Below, piece by piece: positions 1 to 12,700 of a DNA stretch of 64,000 nucleotides; within the stretch, counting starts at the first letter, position 1; each line of letters starts with the position of its first letter. Under the pieces are notes generated by a model that worked only from the letters and a program-made list of their open reading frames with translations, was not told where the DNA came from and searched no databases. The translations under genes and the position numbers were made by a program. Source of the stretch: Podarcis melisellensis (lineage: Eukaryota); NCBI GenBank assembly GCA_964234715.1, contig OZ174282.1; one strand, written 5' to 3'.

Positions 1-265
1 CTGGCAGCCAGCAGTACAGTCCAGGTGAATCAGGAGGTTTACAGGACAAAAAAAGATCGAAGAGAGGGAGGTGGCTGTGTGACTTGGCCTTTTACCAGGT
101 CTGGAAAGGTCACACCCACCTACCAGTCACATGCAAGGAAGGATGCTCCAGGTCAGGAGGAACAGGAAGTTTCAACTGGCTGGACCAAACATTCCCTTGC
201 ATGTCCACTCTAGCAAAACAAGGAATGTTGTATTTGACTGCTCCCAGTGGATTACATCCTCCAAT

Positions 266-700
266 TTATTTATTAAATTGTATAACATCTTAAACAAATT
301 GTATAACATCTTATACCTGTAGACCTCAGGGTGGTTCACAACATAAAATAATGATACAAAAACCAGAAAATACATAATAAAAACAAAACCAAAAACCACC
401 CAATAATCCCCCTTCCACATCACATTTTAAAAGGGCATCAGATGTCACTCAGCCAAAGGCCTGGTTAAAGACAAACACTTTCGCCTAGCACCTAAATGTG
501 TATAATGAAGGCACCAGCTGAGCTCCCTGAGGAAAGTATTCCATAAATGGGGAACTACTGCAGAGAAAGCCTGTTCTTGTGTTGCCACCCTCTGGATCTC
601 TTGTGGAGGAGGCACACAAAGAAGGGCCTCAGAAGGTAATCTCAGGGTCTGGGTAGGTGCATATGGAGACAGGTGGTCCTTGAGGTATTGCAGTCCTTGA
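266..700 (-). mobile_element. L2-type LINE 3' fragment
   Basis: Clearly homologous along its length to 49045-49465 (e.g. tgccaccctctggatctcttgtggaggaggcacacaaagaagg); family assigned from memory of squamate L2 tails. Confidence 0.65.
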
Positions 701-3700
701 ACTGTGATAATGCCTCTGGCTGGGATGAAGGATTGAGGTGTGTATAGAAACCTCTGCTTCTTGCATGGCTTTGTACATTAAACTGTACAAAGATATGACG
801 TGCATCCTCTGCTCTGTCTACTTCACCTCTGGTCCTGCCTGCTATTTGCATGTGGCACCTTGAGGCCTGCCAACGAAGCTCTTGCACTGAAAAAGTTCCC
901 AACCTGTCCTGAAAAATTGGAAAGCACTTAGAAGAGTCTACAAATACTATAATCACTAAATGGCAGCTCTCCTGTGATTAACTGTCACTAGCTACTGTAG
1001 ACATTCTGTTGCTGATTTATTACCAGATCTCTGCCCCTCACTTGACCTTGAAATCTAGTGTAAAGCAACCATTTTGCAGTGGGTTGTTTTTTTTAAGATT
1101 GTAAAGCCTTCTGAGTAAAGGACTACATGCTTCTATAGAATTTAGTAGTCTTTAAGTTGGATATCAGTTTGCTTATAGGAAAAAGATGTCAGTGTGGTAT
1201 GTGAGCTGTGTTAAAAGATTTAAACAACCTTCCTTGTAGAGGTAAGGTGGTCTATGGTGTCCTTTTTTAGATCTGCTTTCTTAGAACAGACTGAATGAAG
1301 GTGAAAATGGAATGTTAACCTGTTTGCACATCATGTTAAACCATAGTTAATGTCTGAACCTTAGTTTGTGGCTGATTCCTCCCCAAATAAAGCACAAGCT
1401 GCACCGTCAGTTTGTTCTTGCCTTACTGCTCATGGTTTGCTTGAGGCAAACATACCACAAACTTTTGCTCTGATGACATGGCAAGCCAAAGTTTATGGTT
1501 TGTTCCTCCAAGGGGAGCAAAGGGGGGAGTTTTGAACAATATATACCATGCTGCTGCTTCATGTTTAATCGTATTTAAATCTTAACTATGGTTTTAAGAT
1601 AATGGGTGAATGCAGCCACAGAGAGCTCATCTTGCATGAGTGGGGGGGAAATCTTCATTATAGTATTTGATTGAAGCAACTGTTACTTATAAAAGGTACT
1701 AGGCCTTCCTCTGTGATGAGTATGGGTGATGGCAACCTGTCTCTTACATAGTAGTAGTAGTAAATAACCCCATCTCTTTTGCATTGCCAATTGTGTATAC
1801 CAAGTTCTGGTACTGTTTTCAACTATGGGCTTATCTTTGTATGCAGACACTTTAGGAATCGGACGCATCAGTGCTTCCCTTTCCATAATATACTGTGCAC
1901 AAATAGTGGGGTTCCCTCAGGGAAAAGTCAGTCAGATTTTGAAGGGCTACTTTCACTATGCATGGTGTGTGTGCTTGTGCATGGACATCTAAAGTATCTC
2001 TCAAATATAAAAATGTATGTCCACATCGCCTCTATATGGAGTAGCTAGGATTCCATGTTCTGGGCTCATTGTGTTAACTTTGGCTTTTGAAGTTTGTTAC
2101 ATGTAAGTCTTGGCTCAGATCCAAAGAGCTTGTTGTAGCATGTCTCAAAGACTTGCACATGCCCTGTAGTACCTTTTTACTTGATCAGTTTTTATTAAAG
2201 CAGATTCCTGTTGTATGAAAAACTGTGTTTGAATGTGGTTTGGGTGACCATACAGTGGGAAAATATGCTCAATGGGGTCATTGATTGGATTTAGATAATT
2301 CATTTCAGCAGGATCATTGAACAAGCACTGGCTACTAATGACTCCAAGCTGGTGTTCAGTTAGATACAAAACACTTTTTTTTACTCTTCTAACCTATAGG
2401 ATAGGCATATAATAATGTTATGTAAAAAGGTGGTAGTAAGCTTGTGGTAATTCAATGTCCATGCATGTTTAATTGCTTCTTAATAAGTTATGAAAAGCCC
2501 ATAACTCTTTACCTGCTCACTGGCTGTTTCATTTTTGGTACTTTACAGGTGCAGAAAAGAGTGATACACTCTGTGTATTTGTGTAAATCAAGAATGGGGA
2601 GCCTCTGGTGTTGGACTCTTAACTCCTATTAATCCTTGATGGGAGTTGGGGTTTAACAGCAGTTTGAGGGCCACTTTCCCCATGTAAAGCAGACTTGAAA
2701 GCAGAAGAAAATTAAGTCTTTGTCTCCCACATACCCAAGGAGACAAAATTGTTTCTGCTTGTACTGTGCTCATGCTGTCTTTGGAACAAGTTAATGTGTG
2801 TCAGGAGAATCCTGTGTCTCGTGTGCTGAGCATTAAATGGAGTAAAGTTTAAGTCTAAAGGTTTCTGTGTCATCTTAATATTTAATGATTTAGAACAGAG
2901 TAGGTCATGAGATAGGAAGCTCAGCTGAGCTGTTATAAATGGGGTGGGGTGGGGGTGAAAAAAGGAGTTCAAGTGGAGTGTTCTAGTAAGGAACCCTTTG
3001 TTGAAGCCCCAAGAATATAGTATCAGCTATATTCCTGAGTTTGCAATGGCACATACTCTATTGAGCATTGGTGTGATTTCTTTCTGAATGTAGTTTACAC
3101 ACATTTTAAATATCATAGCCTGTGTTTCAGATTTAGTTAATAAACAGAATGAATTCAGGGATCATTTGTACTGAAAGGCACCAGACACCAGCGTATGAGT
3201 TGCTGAATCCATCTTCTATTGCTTCATTTTGCGGCCAAGTCCTATGACCCTTGGACATATGGATGGCAGCTTTAATTTTTGCCGTCAAGCCTGACTAGTG
3301 CACTGCTTCAGGTGCCTAAGCAACATAGCACATGCAATCAAAACAAGGCACTTGCTCCCTGTAGGGTTGATGGTGATAACATGCTATGTCCCTCTTTCCA
3401 TCCATGGCAAAGTGTTCAGATACCTGCTTCACAGTGGAATGAGTACTCTGTAAATAAATGACTGGCTGCACTTAGGACTGTTCCTGAATCCCTATTAGTT
3501 AAGTCTGATTAGGTTTTAGAGGAAGGTGAACATGTGGTTGGAGTACAAAGTACTGAAAAGTAATACTACAAGTACTAAATAGTTCTAGAAGCTTAGTTGA
3601 GTTTTTATTTTATTTTATTTATGTTTCTTTCAGTGGTTCCTATATGTTGGTGCTCTCTGAATATGGACCAGACTGAGCAAAAGTGAAACAAGAACTTTTT

Positions 3701-5269
3701 CATTTAAAACTGGAATTCACCATGTAGAGAGAAATAATGTTATTCAAGAGGGGGGTAAGAGGGGAAGGGAGCTATGTGAGGTTTGGAAAAATGCTTAAAT
3801 ATTTGTGTTGACTTTTTCCAAATTACCTTTATTCACTGGCTGCATTTGCAGGTCATGGTAAGCCATAAAGTTTGGTTTATTAAATCATGCCCCTTTGTGT
3901 AAGTGGGTGAGCAAACCATGACAGGGAAACTTCAGTATATCTGAATCTGAGATTGTGGTTTGTTAGGATGAAACAAATCATGATCTTAGGTTTGGACAAC
4001 ATGCTAAGCTTTTCCCATTGTGGTTTGTTTGCTCCTCCCTTTGTGCAAGTGGGAGGGGCTCTGGCTGCATGTACACCTGCAGAGTACAGTTTGTTAAACG
4101 AAATGTTATGGTTTAGTGTTACATATGAATGCTGCTATTATACAGACATTGCTATTTTTAAACATGTTCTTGTTGACTTTGCCTGCTGGCATATTCACCA
4201 GCAAGCTAAGAACAGTTGTGTTTTTAGAAAGGTACAATCAACCGACTCTTCCTTTTGTTTCAAAATTGAGTATTTTGCATATGTTAAAACCACTCTGAGT
4301 AAGCACTAATTTTGGGTTGTGACAGCCTATCATCTAGCTGATGGTACAAATGTGCCTCAGTTGTAAAGCCTTAATCTTGAATAAGAGCTGCTTACCTCAA
4401 GGCTTGAAGCGGTTGTGTAGTTCTTTGAATGTTGTAATGTAAAAAAGAAACAATTCATTGAGAGTGATGTTTCCTTTTTGGAAAGTCTGTTTGGAACTCT
4501 TCTTCATTCTGTTTTCAGTGCCAGTACAGTACTGTATTGGGTAACCTGCAAAGCAAACTTAAAATTCTGTCAGTTGTTCTTCAAGATGCTTACAACTTTA
4601 GCTCTGTATAAATTGGCAAATAGTATTTCAGCATGACTTTGTCCTTTAGTAACTCTATTAAGAGAGGCCTCCTGATCTCAACTTCTGAAGATTTCCTCAA
4701 AGACATTTCTGATATCTTTTGTAAGTTGAGTTCTGGACAGTTAAAATGTGAGTTTTAGTAGCTCCCATTTGTGGCTTTATTCCATAAGTGTTTGGCAGAT
4801 TGAGCAAGTAAGTGCCTATGTTGTTTCTTGCTGTATAGCCATGCTTTCATTAACCATGTCTTAATAAAAAGTCTCTTTTAATTTCAGAAATAACAGGATA
4901 TGAGTTCTGAAAATGGCCTTGGCCTGTTTTTAGTCATTCATGAACTTGATTGATGAGCACCTTTTGAGTTGACAGTAGGAGCAAATGTTGTGTTTTCTCA
5001 TGCACAGCAGCAATGGAAGAGGTTGCCAGTGCTTAGAACAACACAGAAATGCTCCATTTAAAGCTCTGTCTAAGGTGGTCTGCAGTCTTGGCTTTTGAAA
5101 ATCCTCAAGACTGTTGTGAGCAACCATTCAGCATATGCATGGCTCCTCAACTGATCAGTACATCTCTACTTGGTGACAACAAGAACCAAATTTCCTAGAT
5201 GAAAGGGCAAAGAATCCCAGTGGCAAAGGGACTTTGATGCTAACTTTCCTCCAGTAAAATTAATGAAGT

Positions 5270-5455
5270 GTTTTGTTGCACCTTAAAGACTAACACATGT
5301 ATTACAGCATCAACTTTCAGTGACTTGAGACAACTTCATTTGATGAAGTGGAAGATTAATCTTCAAAAGCTTATGCCATAATGAATTTGTTAGTGTTTAA
5401 GGTGTCACGAGGTATTTTTCCTTCAATAGAAAAGTATGGCTACACCTCTAGAAAT
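5270..5455. mobile_element. Degenerate Penelope-like terminal fragments in inverted arrangement
   Basis: caccttaaagactaaca...tgttagtgtttaaggtg inverted arms around a decayed tgatgaagtg...aaaagcttatgc core. Confidence 0.55.
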
Positions 5456-5958
5456 TTCCCTCACTGTTATTTTTATTTTAACATAATAACTTGGAGTTTC
5501 AATACTTGAGGTTCAAATGTATGCAGAGCCTAGTCCCCTGGAGCCGATGAAAGGTTTAGTTGGGTGACAAAGTATTAATGATTGGGGAGAGAGGGTGCTC
5601 TTTTTCTACCCCTCTTCATTAGCAAAACCTTTCCCCTTCACAACCATAACAAAAACATTACTGTGTCCTGTAAATGTCTTCCACATGGAATCACAATTAC
5701 AGTTACCGCAACTGCTCCTGTAATCACCACAAGTATAGCTTACTACAAATCTAGGCTGCTAAAGATGGGAAAGTTGTCTGAAGTTCATAAGAGAGGCCTT
5801 CATTCTACAAGTTTTTGGTAGAAATGAGCTGCTAGAAGGAATCAAGGAACTAGAATTTGGGTGCATTAGTAAAGGTAAAAGTTGAAGGCAAGAGTGAAAC
5901 AAATGCTGGATGGTTGCCTTGGGAAAACAGGTTTGGAAGTTGGAAGTGGCCATTCACT

Positions 5959-6112
5959 CACTGGCGGAGGAAGAGGGGGGCGGGGAGAGTGCACCGCCCC
6001 CAGCAACGCGATCCTGGTGGGGCTCCATCCCGGTTGCCCCCCCCCGCGCCTGCGCTGGGTGCCCGCCCCCAGGACATGCGCCAGCCCTGCCCCCGCCTGC
6101 TCTCCACCACTG
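5959..6112. mobile_element. GC-rich hAT-type MITE
   Basis: Imperfect TIRs cactggcggag / ctccaccactg; 8-bp flanks cattcact / cattcagc (6/8 match). Confidence 0.55.
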
Positions 6113-6404
6113 CATTCAGCCATGATTTTCACTGGATGACTTTGAGCTAGTCACCATGCTTAGCCTAGCCTATTTGGAAGTGGGAGTTAGGAGTCATTAT
6201 CATTCTGAAACTTTCCTACCAATTTGCTAAGTCTTTTTGTCATGTTTGGTTTGATGCCAACCAAGAACACCAGAGTAGACGTGCAGAGTTTTTGCTGTTT
6301 ACTACCAGAAGCATCTGTGAACCTGCACCTCTGGAACTGAGAGAAAGGAAATAATGTTGTGCATTCATCCTTTGCCTGTTTGGGACACAACAATATTCCT
6401 TTGA

Positions 6405-6599
6405 GGGGAAGGGCCATAGCTCAGTGGCAGAGCATCTGCTTTGCATGCAGAAGGTCCCAGGTTCAATCCCTGTCATCTTCAGGTAGGCCTGGGAGAGACC
6501 TGTGGATGAAACCTTGAAAACTGCTGCCCATCCATGTAGACAGTAGTGAACTGGATGGACCAATGTTCTGACAGTATAAGCTAGTTTTCTATGTTCCTA
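6405..6599 (+). mobile_element. tRNA-derived squamate SINE (Squam3-like)
   Basis: tRNA-like head gccatagctcagtggcagagcatctgctttgcatgcagaaggtcccaggttcaatccc, then body and ...ctatgttccta tail; related copies at 49540-49745 (+), 50155-50460 (-) and 62715-62890 (-). Confidence 0.75.
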
Positions 6600-6629
6600 A
6601 CAGATCTTGTTCATTTTGTTTTCTAACAG

Positions 6630-6703
6630 TGAGCGTTGAAAAAGTGGAACTAAAGGGATTATCGCATAGGAAGAATGATAGGAACTTTGAATATTCCTTT
6701 GAG
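6630..6703 (+). CDS. ZCCHC14: ZCCHC14 coding exon (VSVEKVELKGLSHRKNDRNFEYSFE)
   Basis: ttctaacag|TGAGC...TTTGAG|gtaagt; 74 nt. Confidence 0.9.
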
Positions 6704-9700
6704 GTAAGTTCCAAGGAATGAGAACTTTTAAATTTAAAAGAGGTATGAAAGGGACCAGCCTTTGGGGCACTCAAAGCCTTGAGGATTCTATTGCTTTAGC
6801 AGATGTCTTTTGACCGAAACTATGTGTTCAAACCCTATTAGCTTTGACACCAAAACTATATCTGAAACATTTGATTAAAATTTTCTCATATTACATCACA
6901 TCACAATATACTAAAACAAACAGTATATTGAAACCATGTTCTAACTGGAGGTGAGCCATACAGCAATAGGGAAAATTGGGCATGGGTGTAAAGATGTTGA
7001 ATAGCTAAAATTTAATTTTAGCATTTTTAAAAAAATGTGCTGAATATATTTTACTCTCAGTATAAGCCACAACAGCAAAAATCCCTGTGTCTTTTAGCTG
7101 CACTCTAATTCCCTGGTTGTAGATGATCCACTGGAGAAGCAGCCTCTTTGCTTCTTCTGTCCAAATGCTTCTGCCGTTTTTCATAACTTCTTTCCCCAGC
7201 TTTCTACTTATTCTTGGCTGCTGTTTTATTATTGGCAATTTACAGAAGGAAAGAGAGTTGCATGTATAAACTGCTCTACCCAGAATATCACATGCATAAC
7301 ACAGGGGTGTTGTGCTAGAATTTCAGTGGGAATTACAGCTAGCTGTCGGCAAAATTGTTCTGGGGCCAACTTGTATAAAATAGTACTGAAAATTCAAATA
7401 TATTTCTTTAATTTAGATTTGTATCCCATCCTCTCTGGGCAGATCTCATTGGTACTCTCTCACATTCAAGTGTCTGGAAAGGCAAGTGAGATGTAATCTA
7501 ATAGAACCATCCTGCCATAGTTCTGAAGGCTGTATAACCTCAAGAGCTTAGTTAGTTCCTCACGTTGTATCATTTATCTGTGTGTAAAAGAGATTTTTTT
7601 AAAGCCTGTGGTGGTGCTAGAAACTCTGCTTTTCGTTTCTTGGTTTTGGTGGAACAAGTGCTGGGAAGAGGAAATTCCTCAATTACGTAATGTATTTTGA
7701 AACTCTCTCCTCTCACCAGTACTTCTGGCAGCAGCATCAGTTCTGGAAAATTGTGTGTGTTTGGTTGTCATCGATACTAGCATCATGTAGAAATATCACT
7801 CTCATTTTCTCCCCCTCCCCTCTTTTTTAAGCATAAGGCAATATTTTCCCCATAATTTACAAATGCCTTTATCTCAGACAGAAAAAATACAAAATTTAAA
7901 GTGCTGGATAAATTCTTCGGCATTGTGTTAAGATGTAAATATAGCTGAATTAAATCCGTCAGCCAACAGCCTAATGATCCTCTGGCTAGTGTTAATAAAT
8001 TTTCAATAAATTTATTGAAAATACATGAAAGGGAACGCTGACCATGTTGGCTTGGTAAATCTTCAGGTACAAATCCATAGGCATAGGTTAGAAGCTCATC
8101 TCGTGTCCTGATAGGCAACTGATTTGCAGATTCTACAATGGGTCGTATTCTCGCACGCATTAGCCCCCATCATTAACAACTTGCACTGCAAGTGAGTGTG
8201 ATTATTGCAATATGTTGACTGTTCCATCAATATGGAGTTCTCCCTTAGTAATACTTTGCTGATGTAAAGAGGCACATTTTGTGCTGCTTTTCTGCTTCAG
8301 ACCTAAGGAAGCAGAGTATAGCAACAGCTTTTGTACAAGTTACAGTAGGTGTTGACTGTAGAATTTGTTCATGTGATGGTTTTCGTGTCCTTTTTTAATA
8401 TGGAATAGTTCCTCCCACATAGAGTAATGCTACCTGTCCGAAGGATGACATGTGAAATGCGCTCAGACTTACAGTATTAACTTGAAATATATTTGCTACA
8501 CAAATTCAGATACAAAGTAATACACTATAATCAGCAAAGGATTTTGTGTAACAATGGGAGAGAAAAATGTTGCAATCTATGCCAGTACAGTTTAGTGAGA
8601 GTGGCGTAGCAGATTACTCAGAGGTCCCAGGGAGAAGGAAGGAAGATAGTCATCTTTGGCATGTAAAAGTAGGCAGAGATACCTCCCAGAATCCCTTTTT
8701 CAGTCACCAATCTGAGGGCACTGGTCATGCATCCTAGCAAGGCCAATTCCAGATGTGTTTGATGCAGGTAACTCAAATTCTTCTTTCTTCCCAAAGGTCT
8801 TATGGTCTGATTCTTCAGTGACATTGGTAACAAAGTCTTCTGCTGAAGTGACTGAATTCATTTCAAAGGTAAAACGAATAAGATGTCTTGGGTTGTATAA
8901 AAAATGTTTCAGAAGCATCCTGAGGTATATTTTAGTATCAGTACAATTGAAACAGTGGCTATCTGCAAGGCACTGTTTTTAAATAAATTGTGTAAATAAG
9001 CTTGGGTTGGTTTGTTTCTTTCATTTTCAATTGTTGCATTCAAACGTATTGTCTTGTCTCTTAGTTAGGTCAAATGTACCCAGAAGAAAAATTGGAGAAA
9101 TTCATTCCATGCCTAGCTGGTCCAGATTCATTTTACTTAGAAAGAAACCACATGGACCTGGAATCGGACCTTAGGTATGCTTTGCAAGTATTTTATGTCA
9201 GTGCAAAAAGGAAACTACACCAAATGGAAACCTGTTTGGGTCAAATACTTGCTGTTAATAATTCTCTCACTCTTTTGATTGTCTGCATATTGGTCTGTGA
9301 ATGTTTTGTCAGATTTACTGGGATTTAAGTTTACTGTTAGATTTATGCACATTTATCTTGACAGCATTTCCTTAGTGTTGAGTAATTATGCTCCAAATGT
9401 GGGGTGGCATATCTAGTACCTTCTGGGCCCAGTACCAGCACTGGCAGTGGCTGCACCTGAATTGCTATTACACATGTTTAAGTCTTTCAAGCAGTTCTAC
9501 TTGGTAGGGGTTTTTATTGGCCCCTTGTTTGCAGTTTTAGGAGCCAAAAGGGCCCATCAGATACAATAATAACCAGCCATTTGTGAAAAGTTTATTTTGA
9601 TAGCACCATCTATTTACCCAGCACTTTACAAAGAACAGGTTTGACTGGTCTTTACTCCCAGCAGGCTTACAAATATAAAAACAGACACAGTGAAACAATG

Positions 9701-12700
9701 ATGGCAGCAATAAACATTCTTCCATTATTTCATTTACCCATTCTTGACTAAATTTCAGCAGGGTATTGGGACTAGGGAGCTATTCTAGAGGCTCCCAGCA
9801 AAGGTGTGGTTTGAGGAGGCATTTTGGGTGGTAGTTGCATGCATAAGGAGAGAGGTAGAATTGTTTCAGGGACCAGGGACCTTTGAGTGGCAATAGTAGT
9901 TTGTGATGGATCTGTTAGAGGACAGGAAGCCTGCATATGGAGAGATTCCACTTCATGGCCTGAGTGACAAGAGAGGTGAATCATTTTGGTGGAAGATAAT
10001 GGTGCCAAGTTCCCTAACAAGCAAGTTTTAAAGTACAAAGAAGGAATCATACTAGCAGCAGAAGCCCAAGTTATAGCTTGTGGTAATGCAGCTCAAATGA
10101 GTCTTAAGGACTCCGCTGCAGCTTTTTAGATCCTAACTAGGTCAGAACATTATTTGGCCCCTGAAATGATAAGCCAGGCTCAGTAGATAAAAATAGTTAC
10201 TCTAGTAGGAAATAGGCTGTATTCTGAGGGCTCCAATCAAGTTTAGAAAATCATAATTTATAGTACTCAGTGGTGTGTTGGAAACAAAATTTCTGTGTAT
10301 CATTTAGGCTCAAGGAATGTCTTTCTTCACTTTTGCTAGGATTGACAGAACAGCACAAGTAATTTCCCAGGCTGAGACAGGAAGGATGTGACTCTGGTAA
10401 CAAACCAAATAGTGCATCAACTTTTAGTTAGTTTCTTCCCAGTATTGAAATTCATGTTTCGCTGACATGAGCAATATAATAGTAGAAATAACTTGGATCA
10501 CTGCAGCTATTGGCTTTGCAAGTTGTAAGGACATGAGGTTTCTGGGCTTTTGGGATCAGTTTTAATTAATCCACCTTTGCTGTACTAACTGGCATATCCA
10601 CACAGTGATTGCTGTTTCATAGAAGAGTTGGAGTCCAGATTCTTTTTCTTCTTTAAAAAACTGGATTCATTACAAGTTTGAGGCTCCAAAACTGTAGTGC
10701 CTGCATTTTTCATATTAATGATTTTCACATGTCCCTGATCACTGTAAAATAAAGCCACAGTCATGGGACCATAGAGATTGTAATTGGGCCAAGGGTTCCA
10801 GAAGAGCACATACCAGTTGAGTGGCCAGATGTTGTGATTTGGTCTGGATTGTTGAGGTTTGATTATTTTCCTCCCCACTCGTCTGCAAATCAGATACTGC
10901 CTTAACAGTTTGGGTCTTGTGATCCCTAGTAAATGATCAGAACTGTGATTAAAAATGTAAATGCAAGAGAAACATATTCCCAATTTGATCTCTTCTCCAT
11001 TCCTGCTTCCAAGCAGCTTGTGGGACCTTCAAATACTTAGTTGCTTTCAAACAAGCCTGTGGAGAAATTATGACAATATGTTTATATATAGCATGTAGTT
11101 AGCATATGTTTCTAGGGAGCTCAGTCTTTTTAATTTCAAGAGAAAGCAAAGCACCGGCAGAGGAGAACATTTAAAAGCCTGTCTGCTGTCTTTCACTACT
11201 GTTGATCTCTTGAAAATTTATTATGAGCAATACTATAAAATATTTCCTCTGCTGAAATTTTCATTCTTCAGAATTCCATCCTTATCTACATGTACACTTC
11301 AAAATTTGCCCTCCATTTTAAATATTTACCTTGGGAAGTTTTAAGTGGTTGATTTTAGCCAGTGAGGCCCTAACAGCTGGGGACTAGGTTCTCTCCAAGA
11401 CCACCTTTTTCCATATAGTCTGCCCAGGTCATTGTAGTCTTTGGATGGGGTTCTTATGATGGTACCATGTCCTGCTGAAGTTTGGTTGCCTGCGGTTCAG
11501 AGCAGGGTCTTTTTATGTTATGATACCCACCTTGTGAAATGAGCTCCCTTCTGAATTATGGTGCTGGAGAAGACTCTTGAGAGTCCCATGGACTGCAAGA
11601 AGATCAAACCTATCCATTCCGAAGGAAATCAGCCCTGAGTGCTCACTGGAAGGACAGGTCGTGAAGTTGAGGTTCCAATACTTCGGCCACCTCATGAGAA
11701 GAGAAGACTCCCTGGAAAAGGCTCTGATGCTGGGAAAGATGGAGGGCACAAGGACAAGGGAACAACAGAGGACGGGATGGTTGGACAGTGTTCTCGAAGC
11801 TACCAGCATGAGTTTGACCAAACTGCGGGAGGCAGTAGAAGACAGGAGTGCCTGCCGTGCTCTGGTCCATGGGGTCATGAAGAGTCGGACACAACTAAAC
11901 AACACCCACCTTTGAAATGAGCTCCCTAATGTACCTTTTTGTTTACCCAGATATTTCCTGACTGCTGATACTGAATTTTTCTTTGTTGCTGAAATTATGT
12001 TTTTTGATTATTTGACTTTTAACAGTTACTAGTTTCATGGTTCTTCTGTGTATTGTAAACAAATTTTGAGAAAAGTGGCATGCATTTGTACACACCTACA
12101 CATATACATATATATAAATTGTGATTTATAGTGCTTGGTTAGCAGCAATACGTACAAATTCAGATTAGATTCAAGTTTTTTTAGCATATTGCAGTGTTAA
12201 TATGACCCACTTCGCATTTCAGAAATTAGTAGGTGTTTGCGTTTGTTGTGCATACTCCGTATCAAGAGAGAACCATATTCTTCTCATTGACGACTTGTGA
12301 GGTTCAGGGCTCCTTGTGACAATTTACACATTGTAACAAATAGCATTTGTCTGTAGGGACCTCCTCAGTATGTGTGCCTGGTATTTCCATAATGTGTCAA
12401 GTAGCTGTTTGTGTCCTGTGTGCTAAAATGCTCATTTTGGCACTCTTCTGTTAAAAGCTGCAGTTTTGATCTTTGTGGTGCAAATGCAAAGACACCATTA
12501 CTCAGTTGAAATCATTTTTCAGGTATTTGGCATCATTACCTTCCCACATCTGGAAAAATGACCACGTCAAGAAATTTTTCAGCACTTCATCTCACTCCCA
12601 GCAATTTCAAAGTTCAAGTGAGTTTTATGATTCATTTCTCCCTATTAACAAACATGTGAATAGACATTTTACCACTCAGGCCTTGTCCAAACACCTGATC

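Noticed and set aside
1300-4130. Diffuse aaaccatggttt-type palindromic repeat remnants (about 1310-1620 and 3840-4130; other families near 15240-15730 and 31255-31440)
   Set aside because: Probably old non-autonomous DNA elements, too decayed to give boundaries or a family
6410-6482. tRNA-Ala(TGC)-like sequence
   Set aside because: Poor acceptor stem, continues into a SINE body and tail, and has several diverged copies in the window
11513-11920. Overlapping 83-130 aa ORFs (also 31749-32379)
   Set aside because: Sense and antisense frames of BovB fragments, not host genes
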